From: a virus
Lineage: Duplodnaviria > Caudoviricetes
Reading direction: 5' to 3' (one strand)
Virus record (IMG/VR): IMGVR_UViG_3300035135_001583
Span: 1-52,249 of that record
Length of the DNA: 52,249 bases
Of the stretch, positions 17,348 to 26,200 are shown one piece after another. The position numbers and the translations under genes were made by a program. Each line of letters opens with the position of its first letter. Positions within the stretch are counted from its first letter, which is position 1. A model generated the notes under the pieces. It searched no databases and was not told the origin of the DNA. It saw only the letters and a list, made by a program, of their open reading frames with translations.

Positions 17348-18327
17348 TAGGTGATAATGAACTTGCCGTCAGTACCAGACTGGTTTTGACTGCCGCCTTG
17401 ACCAGCGACACCTCTGTCTGGATCAGCATTATTAGCAGGCGTCTCATTGTTGCCTGCACTAGTTGAGCCAGCAATGATACGAGTCTGATCAATAAAACCA
17501 GATCCGCCACCAGCACCGTGACCATTAACGTCACCACTACCGCCGCCACCGCCGCCGTAGTAACCACCGCCACCGCCACCACCAGGATAAGCAAGCAGTC
17601 CTCCTGCTCTGCCACCTAACAGTGAAGCACCATCTAAAGCATCGGTGAAACCAGCGAAACCTCCCGCAGTTTGGGAACCTCCGCCACCACCTCTTTGATC
17701 GAACAGTTGACCGATCTGACCATTAGAACCGCCACCAGCGCCACCACGTTGATCGGCACCAGCTCCCCCGCCACCAGCTGCAATCAGAAGAGCATTCGAT
17801 TGAACAGCAGAATTACGGAAAACTCCTGTGAGTCCTCCGCCACATCCACCATATTCATTTCCTGTAAGACCACCTAAAGCACCGCCACATTCGCCACCAG
17901 CAGTGACTGTTGCAGATGATCTAGGATCTCCACCTCCACCAACACAGATGTAATACAACTGAGTCGAAAGAAGTTTTAAACCACCAGCGGTATATCCAGA
18001 ACCGCCGCCAATACCACCTGCTTGAGATCCACCAGCACCGCCTGCACCCCACATAGTAAACTGCACTGTAAATACAGCGTCAGAAGAAACAACTGTTTCT
18101 AATGTATACTCTCCCCTAGGTAATGTAAGGGGACCTTGAACGTCAAGGTTGTGGTTGATAACAGGATCACCGTTCTGAGGTGTCACGCGAATAGTGCGAA
18201 CAGCTTCAAACGGAGTGTTGCGGATTTTAGTTGTGTCATAAAATGGACGCAGATGTCCTTCATCGGTCAAGTTGTCTAACCGACTTTCGTAGTTTAAAGT
18301 TTTAAGACTACCGACACGAAAAGGCAT
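17347..18327 (-). CDS. Glycine-rich domain protein (polyglycine type, putative adhesin)
   Basis: MWGAGGAGG, YICVGGGG, LIAAGGGGAG, GGGGGGGYYGGGGGG, GAGGGSGF: the ALK/LTK-like Gly-rich pattern seen in phage fibre tips. Confidence 0.85.
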   Translation of the reverse strand: MPFRVGSLKTLNYESRLDNLTDEGHLRPFYDTTKIRNTPFEAVRTIRVTPQNGDPVINHNLDVQGPLTLPRGEYTLETVVSSDAVFTVQFTMWGAGGAGGSQAGGIGGGSGYTAGGLKLLSTQLYYICVGGGGDPRSSATVTAGGECGGALGGLTGNEYGGCGGGLTGVFRNSAVQSNALLIAAGGGGAGADQRGGAGGGSNGQIGQLFDQRGGGGGSQTAGGFAGFTDALDGASLLGGRAGGLLAYPGGGGGGGYYGGGGGGSGDVNGHGAGGGSGFIDQTRIIAGSTSAGNNETPANNADPDRGVAGQGGSQNQSGTDGKFIIT

Positions 18328-18702
18328 TTACGACTCCTTATCACCAATCAGGATGATAGTAACTTGATTAGCAGTATCTGTTAAACCATAAATTGCATCG
18401 TTCTCATCTTCGAGAACAATAGGATAGTTCAGTTCAACGTAGAATGTTTCACCAGAACTTAGTTCCTGTCTGACAAACTGTTGGGGTTTTGTTGCAGGGT
18501 CGATAGTATCGAGTGCACCAACGTTGTCTTCTGCAAGATACAGGTTGACAGTTTCAGTTGTCGTGTTTCCATTAAAAATCACAAAACCTTTAAAATAGGT
18601 CTTGGTACCTGACGGATTAATGTACAGGGTACCAGCAGTGCCAGAAGGAATAAACTGAATATTCTTTCCGTTGCCAGTAAGTTTTCCTCTAGAGAGAGCC
18701 AT
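18328..18702 (-). CDS. Small beta-sandwich fibre adaptor (124 aa)
   Basis: TLYINPSG...VIFNGNTTTETVNLY...LSSGETF...IVLEDENDAI; strong AGGAGG Shine-Dalgarno. Confidence 0.85.
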   Translation of the reverse strand: MALSRGKLTGNGKNIQFIPSGTAGTLYINPSGTKTYFKGFVIFNGNTTTETVNLYLAEDNVGALDTIDPATKPQQFVRQELSSGETFYVELNYPIVLEDENDAIYGLTDTANQVTIILIGDKES

Positions 18703-18723
18703 TGTATACTGTATCCTCCTTGA

Positions 18724-18730
18724 TATTTAG
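18724..18730 (-). promoter_or_regulatory. Late promoter CTAAATA
   Basis: tatttag overlapping the stop codon of the 456-aa gene. Confidence 0.65.
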
Positions 18731-20097
18731 CTGAACAACCAGATGTCCCGCATTTCATTGCGGTCACTGAATTCCATATTCACGGTTCCATCAATATTGC
18801 TGCTAGCAACGACAAGGTTGTAACCAATATCAGCAACTTGGGTAGCAGGGAAAATGATGTTACCAAGACGAATCCTGTTAGGTGCAGGACCACCAGGATC
18901 AGCTTGGATAGTAACCCCGTTAATAGTTGCATTATTCAGGGTTTGTAAATTAGTAGTACCACTAGTAGCATCTGCCTTCAGTGAGATGGCATTGTTAATA
19001 GTAGTAGCAAAGTTAGGGTCATCCCCCAACGCTGTACTTAATTCTTGTAATGTATCAAGCGCAGCTGGTGCCGATCCAATGAGGTCGGCAACTTCCTGAC
19101 GAACAAATGCTGTCGTAGCAATTGCGGTGGTATTATCGTTCAGTGCTTTAGTTACACCAGTCGAATCACCTGCAATGTTAACAGTAGTTCTATCAGCAAA
19201 ACTACCAATAGAATTCTCAGTGGTGATGTATCCTTGAGTTGCTACAAAGATGTCGGTAGTAACACCACCAACATCAGCGAACATATGGAAGTCATCGCCA
19301 TTTTGAATTAACCTAGTTTTACCACCAGTATCTGCAGATTCTAAAGTAATTGTCGGAAGGGTCTGTGCTTTGACCCTGATGCAATTAGAAGTAGCAGAAC
19401 CACCGTCAATGTCGATCTTGAAACTAGGAGAGTAATTGCCGACACCAATAGAGCCGTAGCAGTCAATATCTCTAACATTTATATCATCGGTTTGTAGGAG
19501 TTCGACGGCACCAGATCTTCCGTAAAAAGAACTAACAGCACTGGTAGGTCCAACCAGGGACGAAGAGAAACCGATGTGAGTGACTTCGATGACAGATCCA
19601 ATATCAGGAGCATTGTCTAAGCGTAGGACTAGGTTCTGAGCAACCAGAGTATAAGCATCCTTATGCTGCACCAGACCGTCGATAGTCACAATCACCGCGT
19701 GTACATTCGGTGGTGCTTTAGACATTGTGAAGTCGGAGTCAACGCCGTTAGCAGTGAATTGCTCGGAGAAGATCTCCGAACGATCCATATTATTGACAAC
19801 GGAATTGTTTACCTGTCCGAAAAAGGTGTCACCTGTATTAGGTGGTTCTGAAAAATAGATTCTATCGCCCTGAACCCAGAAGGAACCAGGACCAGAAGAT
19901 GCACTAGCAGTATTAGGTTGCTGCATAACACCGTTCAAACTGACGGTGAGTTGCATTGATTGCGCAACCGTGACTACATCGTTATTTGTTGTGCGCAGTG
20001 GAAAGTTTGTAAGAACCCCGTTGAACTGAGATGATATATCTTGGAGTTCCTGAATCTTACTAACATACGCTTCTGGATTAAGTCCAAGGTATGCCAT
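18727..20097 (-). CDS. Tail fibre protein
   Basis: MAYLG start; two NGVMQ/DGLVQ domains; classical tail-fibre motif IATTAFV...APAALDTLQELSTALGDDPNFATT; C-terminal RDIWLFS. Confidence 0.88.
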   Translation of the reverse strand: MAYLGLNPEAYVSKIQELQDISSQFNGVLTNFPLRTTNNDVVTVAQSMQLTVSLNGVMQQPNTASASSGPGSFWVQGDRIYFSEPPNTGDTFFGQVNNSVVNNMDRSEIFSEQFTANGVDSDFTMSKAPPNVHAVIVTIDGLVQHKDAYTLVAQNLVLRLDNAPDIGSVIEVTHIGFSSSLVGPTSAVSSFYGRSGAVELLQTDDINVRDIDCYGSIGVGNYSPSFKIDIDGGSATSNCIRVKAQTLPTITLESADTGGKTRLIQNGDDFHMFADVGGVTTDIFVATQGYITTENSIGSFADRTTVNIAGDSTGVTKALNDNTTAIATTAFVRQEVADLIGSAPAALDTLQELSTALGDDPNFATTINNAISLKADATSGTTNLQTLNNATINGVTIQADPGGPAPNRIRLGNIIFPATQVADIGYNLVVASSNIDGTVNMEFSDRNEMRDIWLFS

Positions 20098-20741
20098 CAG
20101 ACCGATACCTCCATAAAGCTAGCAATACAATCCAATGAACCTGCAGTATCACACTTAACAACGATCTCATCACCGAGACCGACATCGACTTTTGTGACAG
20201 AATCTCCAGAAGTTGCAGTTGCTGCTGTTGATGCCGCTTGTGCTCTGTCAACATTCAGCAATTCGTTACCAGAACCTTGGAGAGATGTCACCAACATAAT
20301 TTCGTTGCCGACCTTAATATATTCCTGAGCATTAAACTTAGGACCAGTATTGTCACTAACCTCAATCTGAGTATCAGTGGTGTTGGCGATATTTGCTGCT
20401 AAAGTATCTGTTACTGATGGAGTAGATGGGCGATATCCATTCTCATCATATGCGATGATAATCTTTTGCCCTTGCATAACTTCAAAAGAAGATCCAGCAG
20501 GAATCGGAAGATTCTTGACGATGAATACATCATCCTTAGGATACTGAGGATCAATAGAGTATGCGGGATACCTATTGATTTTAACCTCCGCCATAACAGC
20601 AGTCTGCGAAGTATTGGACAAGTTGCATCCAATGATCACAGACTGCTTTTCCACCTGGGTGCCTTGCAGTTCTACCGAGTAAATTGCGGTCTCGGTGGTA
20701 CCTACACCTGTTTTAGAAGTTGAGATAAATTTATTTGCCAT
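20097..20741 (-). CDS. Beta-sandwich fibre adaptor with inserted domain (214 aa)
   Basis: MANKF...GVGT...VIIGCNLSN...IVKNLPIPAGSSFEV...KII, then an insert, then GDEIVVKCDTAGSLDCIASFMEV. Confidence 0.85.
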   Translation of the reverse strand: MANKFISTSKTGVGTTETAIYSVELQGTQVEKQSVIIGCNLSNTSQTAVMAEVKINRYPAYSIDPQYPKDDVFIVKNLPIPAGSSFEVMQGQKIIIAYDENGYRPSTPSVTDTLAANIANTTDTQIEVSDNTGPKFNAQEYIKVGNEIMLVTSLQGSGNELLNVDRAQAASTAATATSGDSVTKVDVGLGDEIVVKCDTAGSLDCIASFMEVSV

Positions 20742-20747
20742 TTGTTA

Positions 20748-21401
20748 TTAACCGAGAGCGATAGCAAGAGCGGTAGCATCAAGACCTGCTTCCACAGAGA
20801 TACCAACCTGCGCAGCAAGCGTATTCACCTCAGCCTGCAATTCGTTAATTGCATTAACAAGGTTTGCTTTGTTTTGTGTGGTGAGGTTAGTAAGGTTACC
20901 AATAGTGATGTCTTTGATTTCATTAATCGCAGAAACAATACTGGATTTAGAGACAGTAGATAAGTTAGCAAGAATGCCAATGATCACGTCTTTAGTTTCA
21001 TTGAGAGCAGCAACTAAACTGCTATCATCAACAATGTTCGCTGTCAATGTGGTAAGATCACCTACATCAGAATCAAGTTCGTTAATTGCATTAACAACAC
21101 TAGTCTTATCAACAGTTGTCAGATTTGACAATGCTTTAATAATAGTCTCGGTAATGTAATTAACTGCTTCTACCATATCATCTTTACTTCCGCTAGGAAT
21201 TTCAGATGATAAACTAGCAATCGGACCCAGTTCAGCATCCAATTCAATTAAGCAATCAGTGATCGTCTGGGCAACTAAGTTGTTAGCGACAGATTGCGCA
21301 ATAATCTTTCCAGAAAAATCACCATTATCAGCACCGATATCATTGATTTCGAGGCGCTGCTGCTCAAACGTATAATTTTTTGCTACGTTTCTTACAGTCA
21401 T
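20748..21401 (-). CDS. Segmented coiled-coil fibre protein (fibritin-like repeats)
   Basis: RNVAKNYTFEQQRLEIN start; about five repeats resembling LxxLTTxxKxxxVxAINE; C-terminal ATALAIALG. Confidence 0.85.
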   Translation of the reverse strand: MTVRNVAKNYTFEQQRLEINDIGADNGDFSGKIIAQSVANNLVAQTITDCLIELDAELGPIASLSSEIPSGSKDDMVEAVNYITETIIKALSNLTTVDKTSVVNAINELDSDVGDLTTLTANIVDDSSLVAALNETKDVIIGILANLSTVSKSSIVSAINEIKDITIGNLTNLTTQNKANLVNAINELQAEVNTLAAQVGISVEAGLDATALAIALG

Positions 21402-21435
21402 TCTACGTTAAGTCCTGAACGGATGAGTCTGGGAT

Positions 21436-21443
21436 TATTTATA
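21436..21443 (-). promoter_or_regulatory. Late promoter TATAAATA
   Basis: Perfect consensus immediately after the upstream stop codon. Confidence 0.8.
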
Positions 21444-22985
21444 TCAAGAAGTGATGAGGGATCTGAAGAACTTGACAGTGTTGGTAGCGTATGTCGGAGT
21501 GAAGATCACTTCGATATTGTTACCATTGTACTGAGCACTGACAGTGCCGAGACCACCTTGTGTCAAACCGCCAGATGTCATAGTGGCATATTCTTCGATG
21601 AAGATATCAGTGCCATCGTGCATAATCAGAACTTCTTTTGTCTGAACGTAGACACCAGATGTGACTTGCACCACATACTTACCACTGAAATAATCAGCGT
21701 GTGTAAACGTATCAATCACAGCAGCTTGAATAACTGCAGTATTAACTGTGCCAGCATCAGTGCCGTGCACACCTTTGGTCAAGACAAGTGAATCGCCTTG
21801 ATCATTGTAACGAATCTTCTCAGCTCCACCCAATGAGAGTGCCATTTGGTCGGGAGAAGGACGGAAGAAACCGTTATCCTGGTCTTGGTAGAAAGAAATA
21901 CCAGGGATTGCTGCTGTACCATCACCTGCGCCAGTAAAACCAGACAGGTTAGTCAGACCGTTACCATCACCAACAAATGCTGTAGCACCAACAGTGCCCT
22001 GTACTTGTAAGATCTGGGGGAGAGAGTTGTTCGGATCTTGTCCGATACCAATCTTATTATTTGTAGGGTCAACCTTAAAGATTGGAGTATTTGAACCACT
22101 AGGTTCAATAGTGACGACTGCACCATCGAAGGTTACAGAAGAATTTGCACCAGTAACGCTGACGCTGTTTGCTTCCAAATCAGAAACCAGCGTTCCTCTA
22201 TCAAACACAAGATCGCCAGTAGTAGTACCAGTGAAAGTACCTGTACCGAGAACAAACTTATCTTCAGATTCGTCGTAACCGATAAAAACGTTATCTTCGC
22301 TACCACGTTCAATGACGATACCAGAGTCACCAGTAGGTGCACCAACAACACCATTACCAAGTTCGATCAGTTTATCACCGATCACTGTGTTGGTTGTGGA
22401 TACTGTTGTTGTACCACCGAGGACTGTCAGTTCACCATTAATGACGACATTGTTTGCAACTTCGAGATCTTCTGTGGGGTTGCCAACACCGATACCAATC
22501 TTACCTTGACCAGTAATAACCAGAGCATCTGTCAGGTTGTTAACTGAAGATCCAGTAGAACCACCTGCAGGAGAAGTCTTTAATCTGATGTAACCACCAG
22601 AAGCAGAACCTGTACTAGTACCACCAGCAATAACGAGGTCGGAACCAGAAACGTCGATACCTGCTGCATCTGTTCTGGAAAGTTTACCAGTAACAAACAG
22701 TGAAGTTGCAACCTCTACAGATTGGAAATTAAATGCCGAAGTACCGTCAATCTTAGGCGGAGTAATTGCTCCGTCTCTGATGACAGCAGTATCGATTGCC
22801 TCAAGACCACCAGTGGTACTGAGTTTTTCCGTAGTGATGGAGTTGTCTGCTAACTTGAGGGTGGTAACAGCGCCGTTCCTGATGGTGGAAGTCGTCACCG
22901 CCTGGGTGCCTACACCACTGTCAAGTTTGGCATCACTTACCAGCCCATCATTTAAACCAGTTCTCCTGATTCGTGTAAGCGCCAT
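21444..22985 (-). CDS. Tail fibre-like protein
   Basis: N-terminal repeats of type IxDGAVTxxKL; KIGIGVGNP; IGDKLIELG...DSGIVIERG; C-terminal GKYVVQVT...KEVLIMHDG domain. Confidence 0.88.
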   Translation of the reverse strand: MALTRIRRTGLNDGLVSDAKLDSGVGTQAVTTSTIRNGAVTTLKLADNSITTEKLSTTGGLEAIDTAVIRDGAITPPKIDGTSAFNFQSVEVATSLFVTGKLSRTDAAGIDVSGSDLVIAGGTSTGSASGGYIRLKTSPAGGSTGSSVNNLTDALVITGQGKIGIGVGNPTEDLEVANNVVINGELTVLGGTTTVSTTNTVIGDKLIELGNGVVGAPTGDSGIVIERGSEDNVFIGYDESEDKFVLGTGTFTGTTTGDLVFDRGTLVSDLEANSVSVTGANSSVTFDGAVVTIEPSGSNTPIFKVDPTNNKIGIGQDPNNSLPQILQVQGTVGATAFVGDGNGLTNLSGFTGAGDGTAAIPGISFYQDQDNGFFRPSPDQMALSLGGAEKIRYNDQGDSLVLTKGVHGTDAGTVNTAVIQAAVIDTFTHADYFSGKYVVQVTSGVYVQTKEVLIMHDGTDIFIEEYATMTSGGLTQGGLGTVSAQYNGNNIEVIFTPTYATNTVKFFRSLITS

Positions 22986-23009
22986 TGTTTAAACAGTTTC
23001 CTATGTGAG

Positions 23010-23017
23010 TATTTATA
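23010..23017 (-). promoter_or_regulatory. Late promoter TATAAATA
   Basis: Perfect consensus about 24 nt upstream of the 513-aa gene. Confidence 0.8.
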
Positions 23018-23261
23018 GTTTTGAAATGAGATCCTTCAGAAGAGATTTGATCTCAGAAACATCTGTCTTTAAATCGTCAATTTCTTTTTCATAATCACGA
23101 CTTCTCTCCATTAACGCTTTTTGGCGTTTATAAGCTTCAAAGGAGCTTTTATCGTGATTGATAATCGCTCCTGTTTCATCACGGTGGTAATCACCGTGAT
23201 CTTTTACTTTATGATAATTATGATTTTTAGCCCACATTTCAGCAATAATTGGTAGCATCAA
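23013..23261 (-). CDS. Small protein with C-terminal coiled coil
   Basis: KVKDHGDYHRDETGAIINHD...EIDDLKTDVSEIKSLL; coupled to the 2749-aa gene. Confidence 0.8.
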   Translation of the reverse strand: MMLPIIAEMWAKNHNYHKVKDHGDYHRDETGAIINHDKSSFEAYKRQKALMERSRDYEKEIDDLKTDVSEIKSLLKDLISKL

Positions 23262-26200
23262 TAGGTTGCGATGGTTCTTAGATCGCGGATTCTAGGAGGC
23301 ATCGCGGGATTCCGCGAGCGCATTACAACTTTGATAGCGAAAGAGTTAAAGTCTTTCAGGTTATCAACAGTGAAGCTATACTCTTTGAAGTCCGCTTCCG
23401 ACTCGGTAGTCGGAGAGAAGTTAGTTCCTGTGGAAGGTGCCACCGCTTCATCAGGACCACCGCTTTCATTAAAGTATGTCCAGTTAATTTCATTGAAGAA
23501 TACCTGCTGAGAGGAACGCTTCGTCTTGTACATAACAGCAATGTCATCGATTTCCTGCAGAGCAGCAGTAATCTTAACGGTGATACCATTACCAGGATTG
23601 TCGAGAGAGATCTCCTTAGTTACATAGTTTGCAACGTTAGAAGAGTTCTTGAGTCTTTCAGGTGTGAAGAGGAAACCATAAGCATCATATACTTCTTTGA
23701 TTTCCATAGGAACATTGAAGGATTGGTTGATGATATCGAAACCATCTTCGTATGTACCATTAACAGCATTACCAACACCAATGATATCTCCTTCAGCATA
23801 AGCAGAGTCATTAGAAGTAAAGATCAGGCGATAGTTTTCTTGGTTCCAGCGAACAATATTGCCAGTCTTAGTATCTGTATCGTTAGCAAGTTTATCTGCA
23901 GGATCGATATCAAACTGAGCAAGAGACAGATCACCAGCGATCTTCAGAGGTAAGGTGAAACCTTGAGCAGCACCCGATGTGGGGTTGGTAGTACTACCAT
24001 CGAAGTTCCACTCCTGGTTATATGAAGAAGAACCGCTAAACACAGGTTCTTCGCCAAGAATGAAACCTTCGCCTTCGATGATTCTCACAAACATCTCGCC
24101 AGGAGATGCAGCATTCCAGTAAGACAGAATACCTTTGGTGCCAGAGGTCTTACCAGTAATAATCTGACCCTTACCGTTTGTGGTTTCAAAGCTTTGTGCA
24201 GATCCAAGAGTTGCGGGGGTACCAGCACTATCAATGAATCTCATCACAACAGTCTTATAGACTTCAACCTGCTGAACTTTTCTGCCGTATCTATCTTCAA
24301 TACCAGTAGGAGATTCAACACGGTTAGTAGTGAGAATTGCCTGAGGATTCTTAAGATTAATGATCGGAGAAAGATTAGCATTAGTAGTGCTTAGTGTCGC
24401 AGTAACACCAAGAGACTTTTGCGAATTCAAACGAGAAGAGAATAACTTCTCATTCAGTTTAGATGCAACAACACGTTGAGTAGGGAAGTAATACTCCTTA
24501 TTCAAAATGATAGGTACACCATCTTCTGCAGTATAATCTGTAACTGTTTCTCTACTATCAATTGGTTTGATAGCAGTAGTTTTGATTGTAGTGGAGAGAG
24601 TCGTATCAGGATAATCAAGAGAATCAAGTTTAACAAGTGCTTTCTCAAACTTGACTTGACCCAATGCAAGTACGTTCAATCCACCACCTGTAGCTGTGCC
24701 ACCTGCACTTGTCACCATACCGACAGTATAGAAATCAATGCCAGCATCGATAACGGGAAGAATCTGGGAGTTGATAGCAGTTGAAGAATAACCACCAACA
24801 CCAGAAGACTTCTTAAGAGCAACATAAGAACCTTTGTTCAAACCGTGGTTCTTATGCATAACCTTCAGGATCTTAGTGTTAGCACCGAAGAGTTGACTGC
24901 CAGTAGAAGAAGATCCAGTTGCATCTGTTTGCAGCGGGTTGGCAGAAAGTTTGCTGTAACCCATATCAGCATTGACCAGTTCTACAACACCAGACTTAGC
25001 GGTATCGAACTGAGCACGATGCATCTCAAACTTCAGATCCTCGTATTGGTTCGCGGTCCAAAGATTGCTATTCTGACTCTTAAACAGTGAACCAAGAAGA
25101 GGCTGAGTAGTAACTGTAGAGTTACTGTTAATCTCAGTTTCGCCAAGGCGAGAGATGAACGTCTGGTACTGAGTGCTATTTGTTTCGATGATAAGAGCGT
25201 ATTCACGGTCATTTTCAAGATATACAGGGTACTGGAAGTGGAATTGTGTGGGTACAAGCGCCTTGCTATCAGTAGCAACACCCATTCTCACTGCAGGTTT
25301 GTTGTATTTAATAACCGCAGTAGCAGATGCGAGTTGCGTTGCACTATTGGAAACAATCAGCACACTAGGAGGTGTGGTGTACTCGCTACCACCAAGAGTG
25401 GGGTTAATTTCATACACTTTCTGATCTGTGATGCTAGGAATAGCGGTTGCTGTAACACCACCAGGCAGTTGAGGAGATTCAACTGTGACAGTTGTAGAAC
25501 CTGCATATCCATCACCCAAATCATCCATAACGACGTGGGAGATGTAACCCGAATCAAGAACAATCTCCATAGAAACAATACTGTCACCAGATCTGCTGTT
25601 ATTGGCAACAGTCAATGATGTGATAACCAGGGGTTCGCCAGGAAGGAAAGTTTCTTTGTTGTGATCGCCAAGAATCAGAGTATAAACCTGTGTGGTTGCT
25701 AATGTAAATGTACCATTTACTTCAGGCACAGGTGTATTCTGAGAATCCAAAACACCGATCAAAGGACCTTGTGCGTTGGAAGTATCGCCTTCGATGATCT
25801 CATTCTTGATTAAAGTATGAGCACCGCTAGTCATAACACGGATGTAAGTGTTGGGATCAACCACAACATTAGATCCAGGAATCACATTCTTGCTAGGTCT
25901 GCCAGCAATTGTATCAGTCAACTTGACAGAGACTGGCAGTGTATTGTCCTTAGAAGAGAAGTAAAGATTGACAGAGGTTGCAAACACACCACCCTCAAAA
26001 CTTTCAACACGGAAAGTTTGTGCCAGGGGGTCAACTACAGAAATTTCTGGATTGAGAATATTCTCAGTATACTGTGTACCATCAACTTTATCTTCGTCGA
26101 TAACGCTTTCGACAGAGATGATGTCATTAGGAGCAGGTTCCTTGACACCAGTTGCAAAGAAGGTAACGTTTGCGAAAGTTTCGGGGTGAGCAGCATTGGT

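Noticed and set aside
17500-18050. (CCA/CCG)n trinucleotide runs resembling simple repeats
   Set aside because: Explained by poly-glycine codons of the Gly-rich protein on the minus strand.
20742-20750. Stop-codon readthrough fusing the 217-aa and 214-aa genes
   Set aside because: Tandem TAA TAA stops; the 75-aa/1792-aa junction also has a second in-frame stop (TAG).
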